Origin: Atractiella rhizophila
Taxonomy: Eukaryota
Length of the DNA stretch: 47,590 bases
Assembly: GCA_021432655.1 (NCBI GenBank)
Contig: MU271204.1
Location: 1 to 47,590 of the forward strand
Direction: 5' to 3'
Shown: piece after piece, positions 1 to 11,322 of the stretch
How positions within the stretch are numbered: the first letter of the stretch is position 1
Layout: each line of letters opens with the position of its first letter
The notes under the pieces: generated by a model
Databases searched by the model: none
What the model was told of the DNA's origin: nothing
What the model saw: the letters and a program-made list of their open reading frames with translations, nothing else
Position numbers and translations under genes: made by a program

Positions 1-118
1 CCGCCCCCGTCCTCTTGGAGAGGATGAAGTGAACGGACGGGGTCAACGGGACGGGTATACCCCGCCCGTCACCCGTTGAGAGAAAAAAATCAACGGGTCG
101 GCACGGTGTCGAGCCCTA
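1..118 (+). mobile_element. 3' end (subterminal region and TIR) of an hAT-1 copy extending left of the window
   Basis: Reverse complement of 15060-15177 with 1 substitution seen. Ends in ACGGTGTCGAGCCCTA, carries CCCGT/ACGGG subterminal repeats and is followed by ATTAAGGC. Confidence 0.92.
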
Positions 119-129
119 ATTAAGGCTTC

Positions 130-543
130 TCAGTTTTCCACCTCTTTCTTCAACAGGAGATAAGCGATGTTACCCGCCTGCATCAAAACACCATCATCTG
201 CATCTCGGATCCACTGGAAATCTCTGTCTGGAGGTTCTGGTGGTGGATTTTGGCTTCGTGGAACTATAGGTGGCATAGAAGGACGAAAGGACGGAGTCTG
301 AGACACGTCATGCCGTTGCGTACGCTGTGATATGCTGCTGGGACGATGGACTGCTGTTGTCAGGTGTTCATAGGGGTCTATTTCGGATGCTAGTAACAGG
401 AAGTTAGGGAACCCATTCATATAGTTAGATAGGGATGCGTAATTGAAGTCTTCAACATCATTATATCCTTCACCATCAGACCAATGTATGAAACCAAGGT
501 CGGAATCTGAATCTGCAAAGTTGTAAGGACGCTTTGTAGCCAA
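130..543 (-). CDS. hypothetical protein exon(s), possibly the 5' part of a gene broken by the hAT insertion/inversion
   Basis: 137-aa ORF with Ser/Pro-rich composition, reading towards the hAT junction at 119-126. No recognisable domain. Confidence 0.3.
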   Translation of the reverse strand: MATKRPYNFADSDSDLGFIHWSDGEGYNDVEDFNYASLSNYMNGFPNFLLLASEIDPYEHLTTAVHRPSSISQRTQRHDVSQTPSFRPSMPPIVPRSQNPPPEPPDRDFQWIRDADDGVLMQAGNIAYLLLKKEVEN

Positions 544-2897
544 TTAAAAGTACGATGCTTTAGATTATTCCCGGTCTATAATATATGAGGGATGCCTTTG
601 TGGTGGTAAATATCACTAGGGAGTACATACGTGAAATAAATTTTCGAATCACAATTCGACCAGCTGTATGCCCTTCGCTTGCTTATCACAAAACTCTCCA
701 GGGCCCAGATGGCGGCAATTGGGTTCATGGAGCATATATCAAGGATGTTGTGGTGCTGGCGCCAATTAGTGTTGGAGCATCAATCCGTTTGTTTTCTCAA
801 CTTTTGCTAGGGTTTGCCACAGGTTTTGCCCACATCACTTGTAGTCTCTTTCTTCCTTCTGTCAGCAAAAGTGGAGTGCCCTCTGAAGGTTCGCGCTACT
901 TAGTTTGTTTGTTACCTCTCCTCTTCGTAAAAGTCGCATTTTTGATGCAATAGGCAATTCTAAATTTTCGAACGCTGTCATCCCCACGTAGCTGCCAGCA
1001 ATCGAAAGCGGCCGCAGTTGATAAAACAACGTCCTCATCGACAAGACGAGGTTGTCTCGAAGAAATGACTCGGCACACTCGGTCCGGGTTGTGATTTGAT
1101 GTTCACGACACAGTAGAGCAAGGATTTTCAAACCGGAGCGTGACTGTATCGGCCTCCTAGAAAGGGGGGCCATACATTTTAACCCAGTGGACCATTTAGT
1201 CATGGCAACAGACACGGCTCGAACATCTGGCCAATCCATTCCAACCTCCCCTCTTTCTCCTTCCCTTCCAAGTCAGTAAGGCATGGACACGGTCCACTGC
1301 GGCGGACACGCGGGTAACCGTCCCCAAGTCCAGACCGCCATCCGCCTCTGTCCTCGTAGACGGGGGCCCGTAGCCCCGCGCGAGGAACGGTGCAAGGAGG
1401 CGAGGAACGCACTGGGTTGGCATGAGGAGCAGCATTTAGCTAAGCCAAAATTCAATGAAGCAAAGCGGAAGATGGTTTGCTCTTGACTGTAAGCAAACGG
1501 ATATCCAATCCAGCGCTGCTTCAAAGTTAAGTGATGAGATTATTAGTGCGTGGGACGTTCGAGACTGCAAGGTGCGAGACCGTTCCGAAGCGAGTTGGTT
1601 ACAGGCGACAGGCGAGGGACGGCTAAAGCTGGTTTGGGGGATGTTGGAGGGCAGGTGAAACGGGAGGGTAAAGGTAGGTGAGAGAAAACCTACCGTGCTT
1701 CTGCGACGTCCATTCACAGTCCCAACCCGTGGTCTCACCTCCATCCTCTACTTTTGCGATCCGACGCCGAATTTTACTCGGCCTTCTTTCGGAGGGCACA
1801 GAAGTTGCTGGAAGAGCAGAGGATGATGGATGACGAGAGTAGCACGGAGGCGCGGAGAGAAGCATGCAGCATTGAGAGAAGCAGGTCGAGGGTTACAGGA
1901 AAGCGGGATAGGTCGGAAAGAGGTTATTGAGACTGATGCAAGACGGCGCTTACACGATGCTCCCGCTTCTCCTTTTGGCTGCCACGCTTCCCTCACACTG
2001 CTCTCTATCTCTTCGTAGAGCTAGCGGTGAAGGAAAGTCGGGAAGGTGGAAGGGTCGAGCAGTGCTGAGGCGGGCAGCAGGAGGAGAAGGGTGAGGGGTG
2101 GAGGAACCTAATACCCATCTCATTAAGCGCGGACGCGAAGAGGGACAGGGACTGGACGGTCACCTCTTCTCTCGTACATCTCTGCTTCCCTCCTCCCTTT
2201 CTATCTCTGTCACGCTTCGCGTTCCACTATCCACCATTTTGTTCGCAATACATCCTATCCCTTCCTTCTTCTTGCTGATTATCCTTGTCCACTCGTCACT
2301 TGTGCACACCGCTACCGACTCCATCACCAGTAGTCTAGGAGGGTATATCAGCAAAAGAGGACGGTGGAGGATAGCTGAGGCGAAATATACATTAAAGAGT
2401 TGGCGAGCTTGCGATACCCGTAATTACCTCCGTGTTAGCGCGTTCTATCCTTAAAACTCGGAGAGTGTTTCTCGCCTTATTTGCTAGTTGTCGAGCCCTT
2501 GCTCCATCACGTAACGTGCGCCTGGTCGAAGGATGTTCGGAACGATATGGAACCATTGCATCAAATTGCCATGCACAGACAACGGCTGAAAGAGGCTCCC
2601 TGTTGCAAAAAGTACTCGTACGGAAGGCAAGCACCGTAAGTGATACGTCCAAGAATGTATGGTTTTCATAAGCAGTCGAGTCGCGTGAAATGAAGCTTGG
2701 AGAACACCCTAAATACAGAGCGAGCCTTCTGCATCTAGATCGAAACTATCTTCCAACTACTTCCTTTTCCTTTCCTTCATTAATTAGCTGGCTTCGATCG
2801 ATGGTTGGATGGTTTCCTTTTGCTGTGACCACGTCGTTCATTGGGTTCATGTCATCCATTGATCATTGATTTCACAAATGTGTTATGGGCCTTGGTC

Positions 2898-4388
2898 TCC
2901 TGTCAAAAGTCCTTTCCGTCGTTTGTCGACATTTCCCGACCTTTTTACAACAATTTCCGTCCTGCTGGAATATGCAGGAAACACCGAAAATTATGGCCTG
3001 GGTTGCTGATTATTTCCTGTATTTTCGCGAAGCAGAAAACATATTGAGAATGTATAATAGAATTAAATCAAATGTATAGATTGTAAATAGCTGCATTTCC
3101 CTGTATTATCCTGCACCCCCTCCCCCCTCTTTCCTGGCCGTGCGCACCTCCTCCGTCATCAGATCCCCTGCAGGTACCTCTGAAACCCATCTTCCTAACT
3201 CTTCTACGCTTTTCCATACAAGTCTGTCTTGCAGCATATTATAACTGTCCCTCCGTCGTCGAGGGGACAATGACAGGAGTCGTGCTATGATCATGAAGTG
3301 ATGCGTTGAGGTCTTTGTATCGTTTGTTCCACATCTGAAACGGTTACTGGTAAGCGAATAGATTTGTGGGATAGTAACAATACCTCACCTGCTTTTCAGA
3401 TTGAGAAAGTCGCTTGTACTCCTCTTTCCAGTTCGGTTCCAAGATGTTGCTGCCATCAGCACGTTCCTTTTCCCATTGTTCGATTCGAGAGCGCCGATAC
3501 ATTTCACTGAACAATGCGGTCTGTTAGCCTCATGTGCCTTGAGACGAAGCTGGACCTGACCGCCCTCCTTGAATCCATACAATGTGACTCTTGGAGTAAA
3601 TACTTTAGTGCAGCATTAGACACAAGAGGGAGACGGACCGGGGCTTTCCTATGCAAGGTTGTTCTTAAGGTAGTATGCGACACTGACCGGTAGCCAAAGA
3701 ACCTGTTAAGTAATGAATCAGCATGCACATGCAAATTTCGTTTGATTGCCATTCACACGTACACCTTGGAACCATCAGATGGGCAGTAAAGCTGTCCTTC
3801 ATTCGGTTGATACGAGGGGTCGGATTGATGGGCTGACTTTGCTGGAAAGCTAAGGTGGAGGTGGAGTTAACAAGCCTTATAGACTGACGGACAGGGAGAC
3901 CTTGCGGAGATTGGCCAAGAGGAGGAAGATGGTAGAGGGAATCTGTCATCAAGTTGTTGGGGACTATACTATGTCATGAAAAGCCGTGCGATCGCTTTGC
4001 TGGAAGCTGCCACTAGAAGCGTGTTGGTTAGCAGTCCATTCCACATCGTGAATAGAAGAGACAACAAACCAGAAAGAATTGTAAAGCACCTTCTCTGCAC
4101 CCTAGGTTTTGCGCTGATCGCAATTGACGGTGACTGCTTCTTGAATATCCTCGAGAACTCGAGAAAGTGACTCAGAACTGAAAAATCAGAGTTCTGCGCG
4201 TCGTCTGCGACGTAGTATGACATTGAAAGGAAAGGGAAGGAAATTCCATCAATTTCCAGCTCAGCATGAGAAAATATTTCTTCACAGTTATCGGACTATG
4301 TGTATGCAGGAAAATGCGGGAACTTTGTCTGAATTTGCTGCGAAAAGCCAGGAATAAGGGAAAATGTCGGAAAGGACTTTTGACAGGG
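2898..4388 (-). mobile_element. non-autonomous TIR DNA transposon (1.49 kb) with 7-bp TSD; superfamily uncertain (KDZ/Zisupton-like is a guess)
   Basis: Perfect 20-bp inverted repeat CCTGTCAAAAGTCCTTTCCG at 2899-2918 and 4368-4387. Direct repeat CTTGGTC at 2891-2897 and 4389-4395. Contains spliceable minus-strand coding remnants. Confidence 0.85.
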
Positions 4389-4454
4389 CTTGGTCCCTCA
4401 GGCCCCCAACCCACTTGCAAGTGGCATGGCCACTTGAACCCTAATGTGACCATT

Positions 4455-4575
4455 GTAAGGGTTCGAGTCCGCTGCAAAACACTTTTTCTCACCGCTTCAA
4501 AATAAATTTCCTTGCAGCTTCAGAAAGGCGCAAAATATACAGTAAGATGGTGTAATTCATTTCATTTCAATGTGT
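4455..4575 (+). repeat. dispersed repeat with Pol III B-box-like motif
   Basis: GGGTTCGAGTCC at 4459-4470. Clearly homologous, in inverted orientation, to about 21997-22119 (shared blocks GGACTCGAACCCTT, CCTTTCTGAAnCTGCAAGGAAATTT, ATGAAATGnATTAnACCATC). Confidence 0.7.
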
Positions 4576-5035
4576 GTCGTTTTATGACTCATGCCAAGAA
4601 CTGATGAATAGACAGATGACTTATTAAGTTCTCTGTTCGGTTCCCCTAACACTATCCTGCCACCATGTAAACATCAAGCCCTAAAGCAACTCTATCCGAA
4701 CGCCACGACCACCAGTGAAACACTATCCCGTACCATTTCTTTTTCTGAGCGGTCAAGTCTAAAACAAATATTACGGCCAGTGGGGTCTGTGTAAACTCTC
4801 CTGGATTCTTTTTTATTCAGATCGTTCTGCGCCAGCCAATGCTGTCGAAAATACGATAAGTGGAACGTTAATGTATGAATCATGTGCAGCAAAAGCATGC
4901 ATTCGTCTGTATGTCATTTGTGTCGCTTGCGTCGCTCTTGAGCCAAGCTCTTTGACCAGCAGCGGGACCATAGTTGTCTACAATCCAACGTCACCGTCAC
5001 AGATCCGCAAAAGAAATGATTGGGAAAAAGGGAGG

Positions 5036-6217
5036 AATGATGGGAAAAAAGGGAGGGAAGTCCAGAGACTGTCCAACAATTCCGGCGCCAGGCCTTCTAA
5101 TCGAGGCACACGAAGTGCCACCTCAAGCTAGATCTCTCGATTGGGACAGCCCCTCCGAGGTCAAAACCACCCACACCCAATCCCCTGAAATCTATGACAA
5201 GTAAGATGGAGTCAGTTTCTGGTGTAAGTCCCTTGATTTTTGCACTTGACTTTTCAGCTCATCATCAGTGGAATCACAGAAAACAATGGTCGTTCCTTTT
5301 GGCGCGCTGTCCGCCCAACTCCACGAAACCTTTGACAATTCTGCACTTGCAAATGTCGTTTTTGAGGTAGGCGGAAGCAAAATCTATGCAATCAAGAGCA
5401 TCCTCTGCTTAGGCTCACCGTACTTTGCGACAAGTGCGTTGTTCATTGAATCTATTTGGTATTTCTGTTCTAGAAGCTGGGATGGTAGTGTTTGAAACAG
5501 AAACCTTTAGCGAAGGAAGCACAGCGACCGTTGGTTCGCCCACAGTAGTTGAAATTGGTGGCAGTCGTTATCGAACGTTCTATTGCATCCTATTCTTTCT
5601 ATATACTGGGTGCGTTCACAGCACTTCTATCACTAACCACGTAAATCGATTGATTTAGGCACATAAAATTCGCGAAACCTTTTGCATTCGATCAAGGGTA
5701 TGAAGATTATGAACGCAAACTTTCGGAACAAGATAACACTGAGTGAAACCTTGCGTCCTAAAGCAAAGAACGCAGATCCGCTCGAATGTTATGCTTTGGC
5801 ACACAGTAGATGTTTCAGCATTTCTTCCTTTTCATACGCTGATGTGATGGAAGGATACTCTTGTGAAGAGTTGAAAGATAAAGCCTTGACTGAGTTACCA
5901 GCACTTCTTGATGGAAACACATTTGATCTTGTCTTTACTCCTTACACCATCGCCTTTGAGCCCATTAGGTTGTGTCTTCTGAGGCATCTTCAGAAGAACA
6001 GTGTACGTAGCATGCATCTCGATGAAAATAGCTTTGATTTTTGCAGAACCAACTATGCGAAAACACATCCTTTCAGTAACTCCCTCTGCACCAACTCCTC
6101 ACGCTAGACATTGAAGTGCCAGCTTTCGATCTTGGTTTACTGTATGATGAAGCAGAGAAGGAAGAAATAGCGAAGAACATCTGGAAGGAGTTGGTGAAAT
6201 ATCTTCGTTGCTACTAA
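5036..6217 (+). CDS. BTB/POZ domain protein, multi-exon (possible premature stop near 6077)
   Basis: Motifs FDNSALANVVFEVGGSKIYAIKSILCLGSPYF, YRTFYCILFFLYTG and ECYALAH..Y..EELKDKAL, split by short GT-AG introns. Start and end are approximate. Confidence 0.8.
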
Positions 6218-6399
6218 GCTGCTTACTTCGAGGAAGTCAAGAAGCAATATGTTGAAACACAAGACAAAATGTGTAACCCATTCAGCTTTATGAAGAGTAG
6301 TGATATCGTCATTAGATCAGAAATCCAAGCATGTTTTCAAGCTTGACGAGTTTGAACCGAGTCTGACAATCCCTTTACTGGCCTAGCCCTTAAATTTAG

Positions 6400-8990
6400 C
6401 TTGCCGTCTTACAATCAAGATGGTAGAACTAAGTGGGAGAGAATCAAGGATACATGCATTCTGTTTTCACATACATTTCTTGTAACCCCCATCCAGGATT
6501 CAAAAGCCTTTCCTTCTCAACCTCTAAGCATCCAACTCCTTCTTCTTCCACATGGTAAAACAATAGCCAAAAGTCAACGTCCTACCACCGTAGTAGAACT
6601 GAAGGGGGAAAGCGGACCCATAGAAAGAAATGACCATGACTACATAACAAATTATCAGAATGAACAAATAACAAATTACAAGGTCCTTGCTATATAAAGC
6701 GATCTTGGAAGCCTAAAACCCCATTCAGTTCACGGCATAGGGGGCAAATTACAAGCTCCTGCTTGCACAAAGGGACCTTGGAAGGCGATCTAACAAAACA
6801 ACACAATGCATTTCTTGCCAAAAGGCAACAAGTTTGTTGTTTTTCTCTGCTGCTTTGTTAATCTCAAACAAATGTATTATGTTTGGCTGAGCTCTTGCAA
6901 ATGCATGAGCAGCAGAAACACAAGAACAGGTGTTTATATACATGAGAGCTTGTGGCAAATAGAAACTTCCAGAATGTTCATGAAGAAAGTATTACTAACA
7001 TTTTACACATCTCCAATAAAGTTGTAAGCTTCTTGTGGCACAAAGGGATACAAATGGATTGGCTCTGTTGTGCTGGGAGGAGGTTCGCAACTTCCAACCA
7101 CTGGAACAGTTACAGAGATCCCACTTTCTTGCTCATGTTCCTTTTTTTGCTCCTTGTTGCTTACAAGTTTCTCAGACCAGTTAATATGATGTGTTCCATA
7201 TTTGCCTAAAATGCTTCTCCAGATTGTAAGACAGCATAAGCATCACAACAATACCTCTCCCTTACTACCATCTCTAACTCTTCTACTGGCATGTCTGCCA
7301 CTTCAAGATAAGAAGATCCTGCCTCTTGGAATTCTGATAAATTAAGAAGCACCTACACTGTAAACCTGCACCCCAAGATTTGTGAACCTAAGCAAGTGCA
7401 GGAAAAGGAGGATGAAGAGGAGGAGGATAAGGTTGTAAAAGAAATAGAGGAAGGAGGAGCTGCAAATATAGAGGTGCCTTTAGAAGCCTTTAGGGAACAT
7501 AAACTACAAGGAGGGAGGACCCAATGGAGAATTTAGAACCATATAAACGAGAAGATTCCTGCAAACAATCCAGATTTATCGATGGAAAGCACTAGACATT
7601 TGCAGAAGATAAGAGTGTAGCTGAGGCTGAAGCTGAAGGGTTTGGATGAATAGGCATGAGTAAACCCCTGATAATTGACATTGATAGGCATACAAGATAG
7701 TCAAAAGAAACTGTTTTGAGTGGCTTGAATATTGTTACTGTAACCATGGAAGCCAACATCCCTCATATAACCCCACCACCACACAATGCATTGAAGCCTT
7801 CTCTTCAGACTGGCTGTAGGACATGACCCTATTCTATCATTGACTTTGAGCATTCCAGAATGCCTCTACCACTAGGAAACTGGCTTAACAATAAGATTAA
7901 AAGGAGGATGGAATGGCCTGCAGTCCATGCCCTCCTGTGTCAGTCGACAGATAGTCTGAAATGTGGATTTGAGCTATCAGGGTGACAAGAAATCTTTCCT
8001 AGTTGATATATAACTTGTACAATAAGTTTGAAATCCCCAAAGCTTTTCAGAATCAGGTGTATGAATGTTTATAATAGGATCATGAAGAAAGTACTCACGA
8101 AGAGTCAGTTGGATACAAATGGATGCAAGGTCTTGTAAAAAAAGAAAAAGTGGACTACCTCTGCCTCTTAGTGCAGAACCCAGTCTATGTTTCCAATGGT
8201 TCTGTAGATTCCATCATGTTTGCAATCTCCTCTCTGTGGCAGCAAGAAATGCTCAAAAGATACTGGAAGATGGTTAGATGGATTCCATGCATAATATGTT
8301 CTTCACATGGACTTGTCAGCAATCTACAGGATCAGAGAAGGGAGAGGGAAATGATCATCAAGACTAAGAAAACCTGTTCAAACCTATTCACCATCGTACC
8401 TTCAGTGTCCAATCATGAAATTTGCCTCCACACAACCCATCTGAGGCACGATCCCCTCTACCACAAGAAGAGAGAGCTGACACCATACTGCAAGAGACTA
8501 GTCTGACAGCTCCAGTTCTAGTGCATCCAGACTCAATAAACAATATCCAAGCACCAGCTATACCCCTCACAGATCCAATTATACCCCCAGAAACATCACT
8601 AACATGCTCACCTGCAAGTGTCACAGCTTCTCCATCTGCATCGGGCTCAGACCTCAGAGAGACCCAGGTCAGTTACCTGTGGCAATATACATGATTCAAC
8701 AAACTTCCTCTCCATCATCGGTTGATTCAAATCTATCAGCATACTGCCCTATAAGGATTTTGGGATCACATACTTCCAAACCACTCATGGTTTTGGAGGG
8801 CATGCTCTTGCAAGGCTTAGGCAAGAGCCTGTACCCTCCACCAGTTGTTGCCCATCGATTTTTTGATGGGACCTGTGGGTTTTATTTTTGACCTATAACA
8901 AGAACTGTTGGATTTTAGAAGAGGAGATAGTATTTGCTCAGGTCGCCTACCCAAGGGTGGAGATATGTTAGCTCCAACTTCACAACTTGC
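6400..8990 (+). mobile_element. heavily decayed, probably Gypsy-type LTR retrotransposon remnant
   Basis: Strong CpG depletion and no long intact ORF. A degenerate zinc-knuckle-like YRWKAL(G)H(F)AED near 7577-7610 needs two frameshifts. Purine tracts AGAAGAGGAGATAG (about 8917) and AAGGGTGGAGATA-TGTT (about 8953) resemble a PPT/LTR start. No clean RT motif was readable. Confidence 0.35.
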
Positions 8991-9350
8991 ATCGAGATCC
9001 AGGAGCGGCTATTGCAGCTCTCTCGCCTACGATGACTCCCGTTCGGATAATTGATTTGCTTCCGTAACGGAGTCATGTTGATCCCTTACGAGCAGAAAAA
9101 AAGAGTAGGGGGAATGTGTCACGCAAAACCTTTAAAGTGCCTCTCTCCTCCTTCCGAAGGCTGCAGCCAAGTACCGACGAGCACCTCTAACTATCACTCA
9201 GATCCTTCACCACTTTTCGCCCCTGCGATCGCGGCTCATTCCGTCAGTCAGTTAAAGTTCAATCGAAGTCTCGTTCATCACGTCCTAATTGCACATCCAG
9301 TCACCCGAGTGATTTATCTTTGTTTGAATGGTAACGATCGGAGGAAAGGA

Positions 9351-11322
9351 TTAAAATAGCGCGATAAAGCATGAGAAAGTGTAAATGATATCACTATCGT
9401 TGTTCGGCGCACGGGCCATTTGCCCATCCCTCCTAAATACAACTCCACAGCCCTGACAAACGTTCCCATCTTCAGCAGCAGCAGAATCCGTGGCGGTGGC
9501 ATTTAAGGCGGCGGAAAAGACGAGCGCGCCAACGGAAACAAACGTGGGATCCTTCCTCGTCAGGACAGCGGAAAGACAGCATGAAACTGGAGAGTCGCAG
9601 TAGTGTGCATGCGGAGAAAAAATAATAAAACCAACGTCGCTTGAGGTGCCGTCGTGGGTTGAGGTTGACGAGAAGGTAGATATGACAGATAAGGGTATGA
9701 CAGATAAGGGTGAACGGCAACCAACCCTGTTCACCACTGCGCGGACGTTAATTTGAGAATAACGACACCACGGGCAACAAACACTCACTACCAATGCGGA
9801 GGAAGGATTCCAAGCGCGTACTTCATAAACATGTAGGACAACCCTGCTACGATGATTACAGTTGCCTGAAGAGCTCCGCAAAAGCATATCCTCCGCATTT
9901 GCTCCATACTTCCTTCCTCCAATCTCTCTCTGAAATCACGAAAATACGTGTCACGAGGATCGGGGACCCACCACAGTACTCCACCTTGCCCAAAAGTTCA
10001 GTTTCCTAGCTTTCATCGTCTTTAAAAACGACTCACCTGGGACGACCTTTCGTACAAAGTCCATGAGGTCGATAAAATAGAAAGTGGACTGCATTCCTAC
10101 AACCCAGAGGAGTAACGCGCGACAGACCCAAGTCCCGGTCAGGAACCCGTTCTGTAAGGCAGGCAACGTAGCGAGGCATACAAGGGCTCCCTGGAAGAAG
10201 GGAAAGATCAGGAGATCGATCATCAAAAAGAAAGCCAGCTTCACGACAGGCTTGAACGAATCTCGAACGACCTGTTTCGCGTATTCGCGCATTGTAGAAC
10301 GAGAGTACCGCAGAAAAAGAAAGGCGAGGGAGAGAAGAAATGCGTAGCCAATAATGGTGAATACGGCGCGGTCAAAGGCGATGGCTCCAGTTGGAAGAGC
10401 GCAATACATCGTGGACACCGTGGAGATGACTTGGTGGATGGAAGCGAGGAGAGTTTGAACATGCAAGAAAAGAGAAGAAGCTGATGGATGCCGATTGTCG
10501 GATGCATGGCCAACGATAAATTTTGTTGATTCCGCATTATTTGCAAATAAAGGGGAAAAGGGTCGAGTGTTCGGTTTCGAGCGGAGTCGGATTCGATGGA
10601 AACACCAGAGCGAAAACGGTGGCGGGGATCCAGCTGACAGCGCGGGGAGGAGCCAATATCCATTTCGCTTTGATGGAAACGATGGCGCGCCTTATGGCAT
10701 GAGGCAGAACGATGGTGATGAGCATCAGCCGCGCAAACTTCAAGGTCACAAGCACAAGATTTCGGCGGAGGGGTTTGAAGCCCCTGAAGCCCAGCGTCAA
10801 GGATCCAATCAAAGGCGGCGTTAATGGTATCAAGTTCGAAATCTTGTTCCTCGACAGCTCCCGCAAGGTGAGGCAATTTAATATTATCGCGTCCACCGGC
10901 GGCGCAGCGGGGCGGGTAACACTGGACGACTTCTCTTGATGCAACGGCTCAACATGCACCTTCTCCGCGATAATTACGGGGGGAGGTGCGACTGCCCCAA
11001 CAGGTGGACCAGCAATGTTGGCGTTCTCCGTGATTCGGATTAACGACCATTGGAGGAGTATCCACCATTTGTAGAGGAAGGCGACGGCGAACGTCAAGAG
11101 GATAATCCGACCTTACTCGACATCGGACATCAGGGTGTCTGTATCGACAGAAAGCCAAGCGGCTGGCACTGAGTCCTGAGCATTGTCGGGAGAAAGGAAG
11201 GAGTTGACGAGTGGAAAGAATGGCGACTTTTCATCCGGGTTGATATCGTGTGTGGCCTGGTCGAGGGAGGTGAACACGTGACCAATGGTGGGACATTTCA
11301 ACGCCGCTTTGATTCTAACCAC
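9351..11322 (-). CDS. Doa10/MARCH6-like multi-pass membrane protein (TD-domain region), divergent, multi-exon
   Basis: VVKLAFFLMIDLLIFPFFQG...LLWVVGMQSTFYF...VRKVVPG|VLWWVPDPRD resembles the Doa10/Ssm4 KVAFF..IEL..FP...G / W..G / RPGVLWFIRDP signature. DRAVFTIIGY lies upstream. Gene limits are uncertain. Confidence 0.65.

Noticed and set aside
585..2670. Many overlapping short ORFs on both strands
   Set aside because: No domain signatures; consistent with chance ORFs or UTR/promoter DNA.
9681..9710. 15-bp tandem duplication TATGACAGATAAGGG
   Set aside because: An ordinary slippage event with no further structure.
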